Shown: piece after piece, positions 23,201-35,559 of the stretch
Layout: each line of letters opens with the position of its first letter
Position numbering within the stretch: position 1 is the first letter of the stretch
Origin: Squalus acanthias
Taxonomy: Eukaryota
Reading direction: 5' to 3'
Assembly: GCA_030390025.1 (NCBI GenBank)
Contig: JASTWF010000365.1
Coordinates: forward strand, 62,001 to 126,000
DNA: 64,000 nt
Made by a program: the position numbers and the translations under genes
Notes under the pieces: model-generated
The model's database searches: none
Seen by the model: only the letters and a program-made list of their open reading frames with translations
What the model was told of the DNA's origin: nothing

Positions 23201-26200
23201 TGAGCGCTGTGCGTTCTCTGAACTCGGGAGTGTTGGCGCTGTGCGTTCTCTGAACTCGGGAGTGTGCGCGCTGTGCGTTCTCTGAACTCGGGAGTGTGAG
23301 CGCTGTGCGTTCTCTGAACTCGGGAGTGTGAGCGCTGTGCGTTCTCTGAACTCGGGAGTGTGAGCGCTGTGCGTTCTCTGAACTCGGGAGTGTGCGTGCT
23401 GTGCGTTCTCTGAACTCGGGAGTGTGAGCGCTGTGCATTCTCTGAACTCGGGAGTGTGAGCGCTGTGCGTTCTCTGAACTCGGGAGTGTGAGCGCCGTGC
23501 GTTCTCTGAACTCGGGAGTGTTGGCGCTGTGCGTTCTCTGAACTCGGGAGTGTGAGCGCTGTGCGTTCTCTGAACTCGGGAGTGTGAGCGCTGTGCGTTC
23601 TCTGAACTCGGGAGTGTGAGCGCTGTGCGTTCTCTGAACTCGGGAGTGTTGGCGCTGTGCGTTCTCTGAACTCGGGAGTGTGAGCGCTGTGCGTTCTCTG
23701 AACTCGGGAGTGTGAGCGCTGTGCGTTCTCTGAACTCGGGAGTGTGAGCGCTGTGCGTTCTCTGAACTCGGGAGTGTTGGCGCTGTGCGTTCTCTGAACT
23801 CGGGAGTGTTGGCGCTGTGCGTTCTCTGAACTCGGGAGTGTGAGTGCTGTGCGTTCTCTGAACTCGGGAGTGTGAGTGCTGTGCGTTCTCTGAACTCGGG
23901 AGTCTGAGCGCTGTGCGTTCTCTGAACTCGGGAGTGTTGGCGCTGTGTGTTCTCTGAACTCGGGAGTGTGCGCGCTGTGTGTTCTCTGAACTCGGGAGTG
24001 TGAGTGCTGTGCGTTCTCTGAACTCGGGAGAGTGAGCGCTGTGCGATCTCTGAACTCGGGAGTGTGAGCGCTGTGCGATCTCTGAACTTGGGAGTGTGAG
24101 TGCTGTGTGTTCACTGAACTCGGGAGTGTGAGCGCTGTGCGTTCTCTGAACTCGGGAGTGTGAGCACTGTGCGTTCTCTGAACTCGGGAGTGTGAGCGCT
24201 GTGCGTTCTCTGAACTCGGGAGTGTTGATGCTGTGCGTTCTCTGAACTCGGGAGTGTGAGTGCTGTGCGTTCTCTGAACTCGGGAGTGTGAGCGCTGTGC
24301 GTTCTCTGAACTCGGGAGTGTTGATGCTGTGTGTTCTCTGAACTCGGGAGTGTTGGCGCTGTGCGTTCTCTGAACTCGGGAGAGTGAGCGCTGTGCGTTC
24401 TCTGAACTCGGGAGTGTGAGCGCTGTGCGTTCTCTGAACTCGGGAGTGTGAGCGCTGTGCGTTCTCTGAACTCAGGAGTGTTGGCGCTGTGTGTTCACTG
24501 AACTCGGGAGTGTGAGCGCTGTGCGTTCTCTGAACTCAGGAGTGTTGGCGCTGTGTGTTCACTGAACTCGGGAGTGTGAGCGCTGTGCGTTCTCTGAACT
24601 CGGGAGAGTGAGCGCTGTGCGTACTCTGAACTCGGGAGTGTGAGCGCTGTGCGTTCCCTGAACTCGGGAGTGTGAGCGCTGTGCATTCTCTGAACTCGGG
24701 AGTGTGAGCGCTGTGCGTTCTCTGAACTCGGGAGTGTGAGCGCTGTGCGTTCTCTGAACTCGGGAGTGTGAGCGCTGTGCGTTCTCTGAACTCGGGAGTG
24801 TGAGCGCTGTGTGTTCTCTGAACTCGGGAGAGTGAGCGCTGTGCGTTCTCTGAACTCGGGAGTGTGAGCGCTGTGTGTTCTCTGAACTCGGGAGTGTTGA
24901 TGCTGTGCGTTCTCTGAACTCGGGAGTGTGCGCGCTGTGCGTTCTCTGAACTCGGGAGTGTGAGCGCTGTGTGTTCTCTGAACTCGGGAGTGTGAGCGCT
25001 GTGCGTTCTCTGAACTCGGGAGTGTTGGCGCTGTGCGTTCTCTGAACTCGGGAGTGTGAGCGCTGTGCGTTCTCTGAACTCGGGAGTGTGAGCGCTGTGC
25101 GTTCTCTGAACTCGGGAGTGTTGGCGCTGTGCGTTCTCTGAACTCGGGTGTGTTGGCGCTGTGCGTTCTCTGAACTCGGGAGTGTGAGCGCTGTGCGTTC
25201 TCTGAACTCGGGAGTGTAAGCGCTGTGCGTTCTCTGAACTCGGGAGAGTGAGCGCTGTGCGTTCTCTGAACTCGGGAGTGTGAGCGCTGTGCGATCTCTG
25301 AACTCGGGAGTGTGAGCGCTGTGCGTTCTCTGAACTCGGGAGTGTGAGCGCTGTGCGTTCTCTGAACTCGGGAGTGTGAGCGCTGTGCGTTCTCTGAACT
25401 CGGGAGTGTGAGCGCTGTGCGTTCTCTGAACTCGGGAGTGTGAGTGCTGTGCGTTCTCTGAACTCGGGAGTGTGAGCGCTGTGCGTTCTCTGAACTCGGG
25501 AGTGTGAGCGCTGTGCGTTCTCTGAACTCGGGAGAGTGAGCGCTGTGCGATCTCTGAACTTGGGAGTGTGAGTGCTGTGCATTCTCTGAACTAGGGAGAG
25601 TGAGCGCTGTGCATTCTCTGAACTAGGGAGAGTGAGCGCTGTGTGTTCTCTGAACTCGGGAGTGTGAGCGCTGTGTGTTCTCTGAACTCGGGAGTGTGAG
25701 TGCTGTGCGTTCTCTGAACTCGGGAGTGTGAGTGCTGTGCGTTCTCTGAACTCGGGAGTGTGAGCGCTGTGCATTCTCTGAACTCGGGAGAGTGAGCGCT
25801 GTGCGTTCTCTGAACTCGGGAGTGTGAGCGCTGTGCGTTCTCTGAACTCGGGAGAGTGAGCGCTGTGCGTTCTCTGAACTCGGGAGTGTGAGCGCTGTGT
25901 GTTCTCTGAACTCGGGAGTGTGAGCGCTGTGCGTTCTCTGAACTCGGGAGAGTGAGCGCTGTGCGTACTCTGAACTCGGGAGAGTGAGCGCTGTGCGTTC
26001 TCTGAACTCGGGAGTGTGAGCGCTGTGTGTTCACTGAACTCGGGAGTGTGAGCGCTGTGTGTTCACTGAACTCGGGAGTGTGAGCGCTGTGCGTACTCTG
26101 AACTCGGGAGTGTGAGCGCTGTGCGTTCTCTGAACTCGAGAGTGTGAGCGCTGTGTGTTCGCTGAACTCGGGAGTGTGAGCGCTGTGCGTTCTCTGATCT

Positions 26201-29200
26201 CTGGAGTGTGAGCGCTGTGTGTTCTCTGAACTCGGGAGTGTTGATGCTGTGCGTTCTCTGAACTCGGGAGTGTTGGTGCTGTGCGTTCTCTGAACTCGGG
26301 AGTGTGAGCGCTGTGTGTTCTCTGAACTCGGGAGTGTGAGCGCTGTGTGTTCTCTGAACTCGGGAGTGTGCGCGCTGTGTGTTCTCTGAACTCGGGAGTG
26401 TTGATGCTGTGCGTTCTCTGAACTCGGGAGTGTTGGTGCTGTGCGTTCTCTGAACTCGGGAGTGTGAGCGCTGTGCGTTCTCTGAACTCGGGAGTGTGCG
26501 CGCTGTGTGTTCTCTGAACTCGGGAGTGTTGAGCTGTGCGTTCTCTGAACTCGGGAGTGTTGGTGCTGTGCGTTATCTGAACTCGGGAGTGTGAGCGCTG
26601 TGCGTACTCTGAACTCGTGAATGTGCGCGCTGTGCGTTCTCTGAACTCGGGAGTGTGAGCGCTGTGTGTTCTCTGAACTCGGGAGTGTGAGCGCTGTGCA
26701 TTCTGTGAACTCGGGAGTGTGAGCGCTGTGTGTTCTCTGAACTCGGGAGTGTGAGCGCTGTGCGTTCTCTGAACTCGGGAGTGTTGGCGCTGTGCGTTCT
26801 CTGAACTCGGGAGTGTGAGCGCTGTGTGTTCTCTGAACTCGGGAGTGTGAGCGCTGTGCGTTCTCTGAACTCGGGAGTGTGAGCGCTGTGCGTTCTCTGA
26901 ACTCGGGAGTGTGAGCGCTGTGCGTTATCTGAAGTCGGGAGTGAGAGCACTGTGCGTTCTCTGAACTCGGGAGTGTGAGCGCTGTGCATTCTCTGAACTC
27001 GGGAGTGTGCACGCTGTGCGTTCTCTGAACTCGGGTGTGTGAGCGCTGTGCGTTCTCTGAACTCGGGAGTGTGAGCACTGTGCGTTCTCTGAACTCGGGA
27101 GTGTGAGCGCTGTGCGTTCTCTGAACTCGGGAGTGTGAGCGCTGTGCGTTATCTGAAGTCGGGAGTGAGAGCACTGTGCGTTCTCGGAACTCGGGACTGT
27201 GAGCGCTGTGCGTTCTCTGAACTCGGGAGTGTTGGCGCTGTGTGTTCTCTGAACTCGGGAGTGTGCGCGCTGTGCGTTCTCTGAACTCGGGAGTGTGTGC
27301 GCTGTGCATTCTCTGAACTCAGGAGTGTGAGCGCTGTGCGTTCTCTGAACTCGGGAGTGTGAGCGCTGTGCATTCTCTGAACTCGGGAGTGAGAGCGCTG
27401 TGCGTTCTCTGAACTCGGGAGTGTTGGCGCTGTGCGTTCTCTGAACTCGGGAGTGTGAGCGCTGTGCATTCTCTGAACTCGGGAGTGAGAGCGCTGTGCG
27501 TTCTCTGAACTCGGGAGTGTGAGTGCTGTGCGTTCTCTGAACTCGGGAGTGTGAGCGCTGTGCGTTCTCTGAACTCGGGAGTGTGAGCGCTGTGCGTTCT
27601 CTGAACTCGGGAGTGTGAGCGCTGTGCGGTCTCTGAACTCGGGAGTGTGAGTGCTGTGCGTTCTCTGAACTCGGGAGTCTGAGCGCTGTGCGTACTCTGA
27701 ACTCGGGACTGTGAGCGCTGTGTGTTCTCTGAATTCGGGAGTGTTGGCGCTGTGCGTTCTCTGAACTCGGGAGTGTAAGCGCTGTGCGTTCTCTGAACTC
27801 GGGAGTGTTGACGCTGTGCGTTCTCTGAACTCGGGAGTGTTGGCGCTGTGCATTCTCTGAACTAGGGAGTGTGAGCACTGCGTTCTCTGAACTCGGGAGT
27901 GTGAGCGCTGTGCGTTCTCTGAACTCGGGAGTGTGAGCGCTGTGCGTTCTCTGAACTCGGGAGTGTGAGCGCTGTGTGTTCTCTGAACTCGTGAATGTGC
28001 GCGCTGTGCGTTCTCTGAACTCGGGAGTGTGAGCGCTGTGTGTTCTCTGAACTCGGGAGTGTTGGTGCTGTGCATTCTCTGAACTCGGGAGTGTGCGCGC
28101 TGTGCGTTCTCTGAACTCGGGAGTGTGAGCGCTGTGCATTCTCTGAACTCGGGAGTGAGAGCGCTGTGCGTTCTCTGAACACGTGAGTGTGAGCGCTGTG
28201 CGTTCTCTGAACTCGGGAGTGTTGGCGCTGTGCATTCTCTGAACTAGGGAGTGTGAGCACTGTGCGTTCTCTGAACTCGGGAGTCTGAGCGCTGTGCGTT
28301 CTCTGAACTCGGGAGTGTGCGCGCTGTGCGTTCTCTGAACTCGGGAGTGTTGGCGCTGTGCGTTCTCTGAACTCGGGAGTGTGAGCGCTGTGTGTTCTCT
28401 GAACTCGGGAGTGTGAGCGCTGTGTGTTCTCTGAACTCGAGAGTGTGAGCGCTGTGCGTTCTCTGAACTCGGGAGTGTGAGCGCTGTGTGTTCTCTGAAC
28501 TCGAGAGTGTGAGCGCTGTGTGTTCTCTGAACTCGGGAGTGTTGGCGCTGTGTGTTCTCTGAACTCGAGAGTGTGAGCGCTGTGCGTTCTCTGAACTCGG
28601 GAGTGTGAGCGCTGTGCGTTCTCTGAACTCGGGAGTGTGAGCGCTGTGTGTTCGCTGAACTCGGGAGTGTGAGCGCTGTGCGTTCTCTGAACTCGGGAGT
28701 GTGAGCGCTGTGCATTCTCTGAACTCGGGAGTGTGAGCGCTGTGCGTTCTCTGAACTCGGGAGAGTGAGCGCTGTGTGTTCTCTGAACTCGGGAGTGTGA
28801 GCGCTGTGTGTTCTCTGAACTCGGGAGTGTGAGCGCTGTGCGTTCTCTGAACTAGGGAGTGTGAGCGCTCTGTGTTCTCTGAACTCGGGAGTGTGAGCGC
28901 TGTGCGTTCTCTGAACTCGGGAGTGTGAGTGCTGTGCATTCTCTGAACTCGGGAGTGTAAGCGCTGTGCGTTCTCTGAACTCATGACTGTGAGCACTGTG
29001 CGTTCTCTGAACTCGGGAGCGTGAGCGCTGTGCATACTCTGAACTAGGGAGAGTGAGCGCTGTGCATTCTCTGAACTAGGGAGAGTGAGCGCTGTGTGTT
29101 CTCTGAACTCGGGAGTGTGAGCGCTGTGTGTTCTCTGAACTCGGGAGTGTGAGTGCTGTGCGTTCTCTGAACTCGGGAGTGTGAGTGCTGTGCGTTCTCT

Positions 29201-32200
29201 GAACTCGGGAGTGTGAGCGCTGTGCGTTCTCTGAACTCGGGAGTGTGAGTGCTGTGCGTTCTCTGAACTCGGGAGAGTGAGCGCTGTGCGTACTCTGAAC
29301 TCGGGAGAGTGAGCGCTGTGCGTACTCTGAACTCGGGAGAGTGAGCGCTGTGCGTACTCTGAACTCAGGAGTGTTGGCGCTGTGTGTTCACTGAACTCGG
29401 GAGTGTGAGCGCTGTGCGTTCTCTGAACTCGGGAGAGTGAGCGCTGTGCGTACTCTGAACTCGGGAGAGTGAGCGCTGTGCGTTCTCTGAACTCGGGAGT
29501 GTGAGCGCTGTGTGTTCACTGAACTCGGGAGTGTGAGCGCTGTGTGTTCACTGAACTCGGGAGTGTGAGCGCTGTGCGTACTCTGAACTCGGGAGTGTGA
29601 GCGCTGTGCGTTCTCTGAACTCGAGAGTGTGAGCGCTGTGTGTTCGCTGAACTCGGGAGTGTGAGCGCTGTGCGTTCTCTGAACTCTGGAGTGTGAGCGC
29701 TGTGTGTTCTCTGAACTCGGGAGTGTTGAGCGCTGTGCGTTCTCTGAACTCGGGAGTGTTGGCGCTGTGCGTTCTCTGAACTCGGGAGTGTGAGCGCTGT
29801 GTGTTCACTGAACTCGGGAGTGTGGGCGCTGTGTGTTCTCTGAACTCGGGAGTGTGGGCGCTGTGTGTTCTCTGAACTCGGGAGTGTGCGCGCTGTGTGT
29901 TCTCTGAACTCGGGAGTGTTGAGCGCTGTGCGTTCTCTGAACTCGGGAGTGTTGGTGCTGTGCGTTCTCTGAACTCGGGAGTGTGAGCGCTGTGCGTTCT
30001 CTGAACTCGGGAGTGTGAGCGCTGTGCGTTCTCTGAACTCGGGAGTGTGAGCGCTGTGCGTTCTCTGAACTCGGGAGTGTGGCGCTGTGCGTTCTCTGAA
30101 CTCGGGAGTGTGGGCGCTGTGCGTTCTCTGAACTCGGGAGTGTTGGCGCTGTGCGTTCTCTGAACTCGGGAGTGTGAGCGCTGTGCGTTCTCTGAACTCG
30201 GGAGTGTGAGCGCTGTGTGTTCTCTGAACTCGGGAGTGTGCGCGCTGTGCGTTCTCTGAACTCGGGAGTGTGAGCGCTGTGCGTTCTCTGAACTCGGGAG
30301 TGTGAGCGCTGTGCGTTCTCTGAACTCGGGAGTGTGAGCGCTGTGCGTTCTCTGAACTCGGGAGTGTGCGCGCTGTGTGTTCTCTGAACTCGGGAGTGTG
30401 GCGCTGTGCGTTCTCTGAACTCGGGAGTGTGAGCGCTGTGCGTTCTCTGAACTCGGGAGTGTGAGCGCTGTGCGTTCTCTGAACTCGGGAGTGTTGGCGC
30501 TGTGCGTTCTCTGAACTCGGGAGTGTGAGCGCTGTGCGTTCTCTGAACTCGGGAGTGTTGGCGCTGTGCGTTCTCTGAACTCGGGAGTGTGAGCGCTGTG
30601 TGTTCTCTGAACTCGGGAGTGTGAGCGCTGTGCGTTCTCTGAACTCGGGAGTGTTGGCGCTGTGCGTTCTCTGAACTCGGGAGTGTGAGCGCTGTGCGTT
30701 CTCTGAACTCGGGAGTGTGAGCGCTGTGCGTTCTCTGAACTCGGGAGTGTGAGCGCTGTGCGTTCTCTGAACTCGGGAGTGTGAGCGCTGTGCGTTCTCT
30801 GAACTCGGGAGTGTGAGCGCTGTGCGTTCTCTGAACTCGGGAGTGTGAGCGCTGTGCGTTCTCTGAACTCGGGAGTGTTGGCGCTGTGCGTTCTCTGAAC
30901 TCGGGAGTGTGAGCGCTGTGTGTTCTCTGAACTCGGGAGTGCGAGCGCTGTGCGTTCTCTGAACTCGGGAGTGTGAGCGCTGTGCGTTCTCTGAACTCGG
31001 GAGTGTGAGCGCTGTGCGTTCTCTGAACTCGGGAGTGTTGGCGCTGTGCGTTCTCTGAACTCGGGAGTGTGAGCGCTGTGTGTTCTCTGAACTCGGGAGT
31101 GTGAGCGCTGTGCGTTCTCTGAACTCGGGAGTGTTGGCGCTGTGCGTTCTCTGAACTCGGGAGTGTGAGCGCTGTGTGTTCTCTGAACTCGGGAGTGTGA
31201 GCGCTGTGCGTTCTCTGAACTCGGGAGTGTTGGCGCTGTGCGTTCTCTGAACTCGGGAGTGTGAGCGCTGTGCGTTCTCTGAACTCGGGAGTGTTGGCGC
31301 TGTGCGTTCTCTGAACTCGGGAGTGTGAGCGCTGTGCGTTCTCTGAACTCGGGAGTGTGAGCGCTGTGCGTTCTCTGAACTCGGGAGTGTGAGCGCTGTG
31401 CGTTCTCTGAACTCGAGAGTCTGAGCGCTGTGCGTTCTCTGAACTCGGGAGTGTGAGCGCTGTGCGTTCTCTGAACTCGGGAGTGTTGGCGCTGTGCGTT
31501 CTCTGAACTCGGGAGTGTGAGCGCTGTGCGTTCTCTGAACTCGGGAGTGTTGGCGCTGTGCGTTCTCTGAACTCGGGAGTGTTGGCGCTGTGCGTTCCCT
31601 GAACTCGGGAGTGTGAGCGCTGTGTGTTCTCTGAACTCGGGAGTGTGAGCGCTGTGCGTTCTCTGAACTCGGGAGTCTGAGCGCTGTGTGTTCTCTGAAC
31701 TCGGGAGTGTGAGCGCTGTGCGTTCTCTGAACTCGGGAGTGTGAGCGCTGTGTGTTCTCTGAAGTCAAGAGTGTGAGCGCTGTGCGTTCTCTGAACTCGG
31801 GAGTGTGAGCGCTGTGCTTTCTCTGAACTCGGGAGTGTTGGCGCTGTGCGTTCTCTGAACTTGGGAGTGTGTGCGCTGTGCTTTCTCTGAACTCGGGAGT
31901 GTTGGCACTGTGTGTTCTCTGAACTCGGGAGTGTTGGCGCTGTGCGTTCTCTGAACTTGGGAGTGTGTGCGCTGTGCGTTCTCTGAACTCGGGAGTGTTG
32001 GCGCTGTGCGTTCTCTGAACTTGGGAGTGTGTGCGCTGTGCGTTCTCTGAACTCGGGAGTGTTGGCACTGTGTGTTCTCTGAACTCGGGACTGTGAGCAC
32101 TGTGCGTTCTCTGAACTCGGGAGTGTGAGCGCTGTGCATTCTCTGAACTCGGGACTGTGAGCACTGTGCGTTCTCTGAACTCGGGAGTGTGAGCGCTGTG

Positions 32201-32370
32201 CATTCTCTGAACTCGGGACTGTGAGCACTGTGCGTTCTCTGAACTCAGGAGTGTGAGCACTGTGCGTTCTCTGAACTCAGGAGTGTGAGCGCTGTGCGTA
32301 CTCTGAACTCGGGAGAGTGAGCGCTGTGCGTTCTCTGAACTCAGGAGTGTGAGCACTGTGCGTTCTCTGA
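20216..32370. repeat. 12-kb minisatellite A array (about 380 units)
   Basis: Uninterrupted 32-bp tandem repeat. Confidence 0.97.
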
Positions 32371-32884
32371 AGATTGCGAAGAGCGTTTTGCCTTTTCCCC
32401 GCGACATAATCCTCGGTGATCAGGTCAGTTCTCACTGTGTGCTCTCAGACACGTCCCTGTCGACACAAACACTGCACAAAGTTACCAAGAAAACAATGAA
32501 TCATCGCACTTCCGCTGTGCATTCTGTACTTCTCCATTTCGTGCTGTGACAGGGCTGATTAACCCTTTGAAGCAAGGTTCCTCCTCCCTCTTGCAGCCAA
32601 CATCCGTCACGCCTGCCCCACACATGGCTCGTCCATCATGGCTAAAGGCTCCTTCGCCGAGCCGAGCCCAGCCCCCTATCCCCCCAATCCACCCGACAGG
32701 CATGCAATATCCTGGGAGAGGCAATAAAACAGGCAACAAAAAAAACACCGCCAATAAGGAAAAGAAATTACTCTCGACCGTTCCGCGTCAACTCCCTCAG
32801 GGGATGGAACCAGCCCAGGAGAACACAGGGACCATTCACTACCGAGAAAGACACTTAGCTTCTGTACGATGCAAACACTGAATT
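32371..32884. repeat. Unique island U, copy 3 (U type)
   Basis: Near-identical to 4709-5222. Confidence 0.95.
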
Positions 32885-34672
32885 GTGCTGTGCATTCTCT
32901 GAAATCATTCTTGTGAGCGCTGTGTGTTCTCTGAAATCAGCAGTGTGAGCGCTGTGTGTTCTCTGAACTTGGGAGTGTGAGCGCTGTGTGTTCTGTGAAA
33001 TCAGTAGTGTGAGCGCTGTGTGATCTCTGAAATCAGTAGTGTGAGCGCTGTGTGTTCTCTGAAATCAGTAGTGTGAGCGCTGTGTGTTCACTGAAATCAG
33101 TAGTGTGAGCGCTGTGTGTTTGGTGAAATCAGTAGTGTGAGCGCTGTGTGTTCGGTGAAATCAGTAGTGTGAGCGCTGTGTGTTCGGTGAAATCAGTAGT
33201 GTGAGCGCTGTCTGTTCGGTGAAATCAGTAGTGTGAGTGCTGTGTGTTCACTGAAATCAGTAGTGTGAGCTCTGTGTGTTCACTGAAATCAGTAGTGTGA
33301 GCGCTGTGTGTTCTGTGAAATCAGTAGTGTGAGCGCTGTGTGTTCTCTGAAATCAGTAGTGTGAGCGCTGTGTGGTCTCTGAAATCAGTAGTGTGAGCGC
33401 TGTGTGTTCACTGAAATCAGTAGTGTGAGCGCTGTGTGTTCTGTGAAATCAGTAGTGTGAGCGCTGTGTGTTCTGTGAAATCAGTAGTGTGAGCGCTGTG
33501 TGTTCTGTGAAATCAGTAGTGTGAGCGCTGTGTGATCTCTGAAATCAGTAGTGTGAGCGCTGTGTGTTCTGTGAAATCAGTAGTGTGAGCGCTGTGTGTT
33601 CTGTGAAATCAGTAGTGTGAGCGCTGTGTGATCTCTGAAATCAGTAGTGTGAGCTCTGTGTGTTCTCTGAAATCAGTAGTGTGAGCGCTGTGTGTTCACT
33701 GAAATCAGTAGTGTGAGCGCTGTGTGTTCACTGAAATCAGTAGTGTGAGCACGGTGTGTTCTGTGAAATCAGTAGTGTGAGCGCTGTGTGTTCTGTGAAA
33801 TCAGTAGTGTGAGCGCTGTGTGTTCTCTGAAATCAGTAGTGTGAGCGCTGTGTGTTCACTGAAATCAGTAGTGTGAGCGCTGTGTGTTCACTGAAATCAG
33901 TAGTGTGAGCGCTGTGTGATCTCTGAAATCAGTAGTGTGAGCGCTGTGTGTTCACTGAAATCAGTAGTGTGAGCGCTGTGTGTTCTGTGAAATCAGTAGT
34001 GTGAGCACTGTGTGTTCACTGAAATCAGTAGTGTGAGCGCTGTGTGTTCTGTGAAATCAGTAGTGTGAGCACTGTGTGATCTCTGAAATCAGTAGTGTGA
34101 GCACTGTGTGATCTCTGAAATCAGTAGTGTGAGCGCTGTGTTCTGTGAAATCAGTAGTGTAAGCACTGTGTGTTCTGTGAAATTAGTAGTGTGAGCGCTG
34201 TGTGATCTCTGAAATCAGTAGTGTGAGCGCTGTGTGTTCGGTGAAATCAGTAGTGTGAGCGCTGTGTGTTCACTGACATCAGTAGTGTGAGCGCTGAGTG
34301 TTCACTGAAATCAGTAGTGTGAGCGCTGTGTGTTCTGTGAAATCAGTAGTGTGAGCGCTGTGTGTTCTGTGAAATCAGTAGTGTGAGTGCTGTGTGTTCT
34401 GTGAAATCAGTAGTGTGAGTGCTGTGTGATCTCTGAAATCAGTAGTGTGAGCGCTGTGTGTTCAGTGAAATCAGTAGTGTGAGCGCTGTGTGTTCGGTGA
34501 AATCAGTACTATGAGCGCTGTGTGTTTGGTGAAATCAGTAGTGTGAGTGCTGTGTGTTCTGTGAAATCAGTAGTGTGAGCGCTGTGTGTTCTGTGAAATC
34601 AGTAGTGTGAGCGCTGTGTGTTTGGTGAAATCAGTAGTGTGAGCGCTGTGTGTTCACTGAAATCAGTAGTGT
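32885..34672. repeat. Minisatellite B array
   Basis: Tandem 32-bp B units. Confidence 0.97.
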
Positions 34673-35044
34673 GAGCGCTGTGCGTTCTCTGAACTCGGGA
34701 GTGTTGGCGCTGTGCGTTCTCTGAACTTGGGAGTGTGAGCGCTGTGCGTTCTCTGAACTCGGGAGTGTTGGCGCTGTGTGTTCTCTGAACTCGGGACTGT
34801 GAGCAATGTGCGTTCTCTGAACTCGGGAGTGTGAGCGCTGTGCATTCTCTGAACTCGGGACTGTGAGCACTGTGCGTTCTCTGAACTCGGGAGTGTGAGC
34901 GCTGTGCATTCTCTGAACTCAGGAGTGTGAGCACTGTGCGTTCTCTGAACTCAGGAGTGTGAGCGCTGTGCGTACTCTGAACTCGGGAGAGTGAGCGCTG
35001 TGCGTTCTCTGAACTCAGGAGTGTGAGCACTGTGCGTTCTCTGA
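34673..35044. repeat. Short minisatellite A array
   Basis: Paralogue of 7263-7698. Confidence 0.95.
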
Positions 35045-35559
35045 AGATTGCGAAGAGCGATTTGCCTTTTCCCCGCGACATAATCCTCGGTGATCAGGTC
35101 AGTTCTCACTGTGTGCTCTCAGACACGTCCCTGTCAACACAAACACTGCACAAAGTTACCAAGAAAACAATGAATCATCGCACTTCCGCTGTGCATTCTG
35201 TACTTCTCCATTTCGTGCTGTGACAGGGCTGATTAACCCTTTGAAGCAAGGTTCCTCCTGCCTCTTGCAGCCAACATCCGTCACGCCTGCCCCACACATG
35301 GCTCGTCCATCATGGCTAAAGGCTCCTTCGCCGAGCCGAGCCCAGCCCCCTATCCCCCCAACCCACCCGACAGGCATGCAATATCCTGGGAGAGGCAATA
35401 AAACAGGCAACAAAAAAAACACCGCCAGTAAGGAAAAGAAATTACTCTCGACTGTTCCACGTCGACTCCCTCAGGGGATTGGAACCAGCCCAGGAGAACA
35501 CAGGGACCATTCACTACCGAGAAAGACACTTAGCTTCTGTACGATGCAAACACTGAATT
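35045..35559. repeat. Unique island U, copy 4 (U' type)
   Basis: Near-identical to 7699-8213. Confidence 0.95.

Noticed and set aside
711..32407. Long minus-strand ORFs rich in TALTLPSSENAQRSHSRVQ
   Set aside because: Translations of the 32-bp A repeat, which lacks stops on that strand; all three frames are open and there is no splice or domain evidence.
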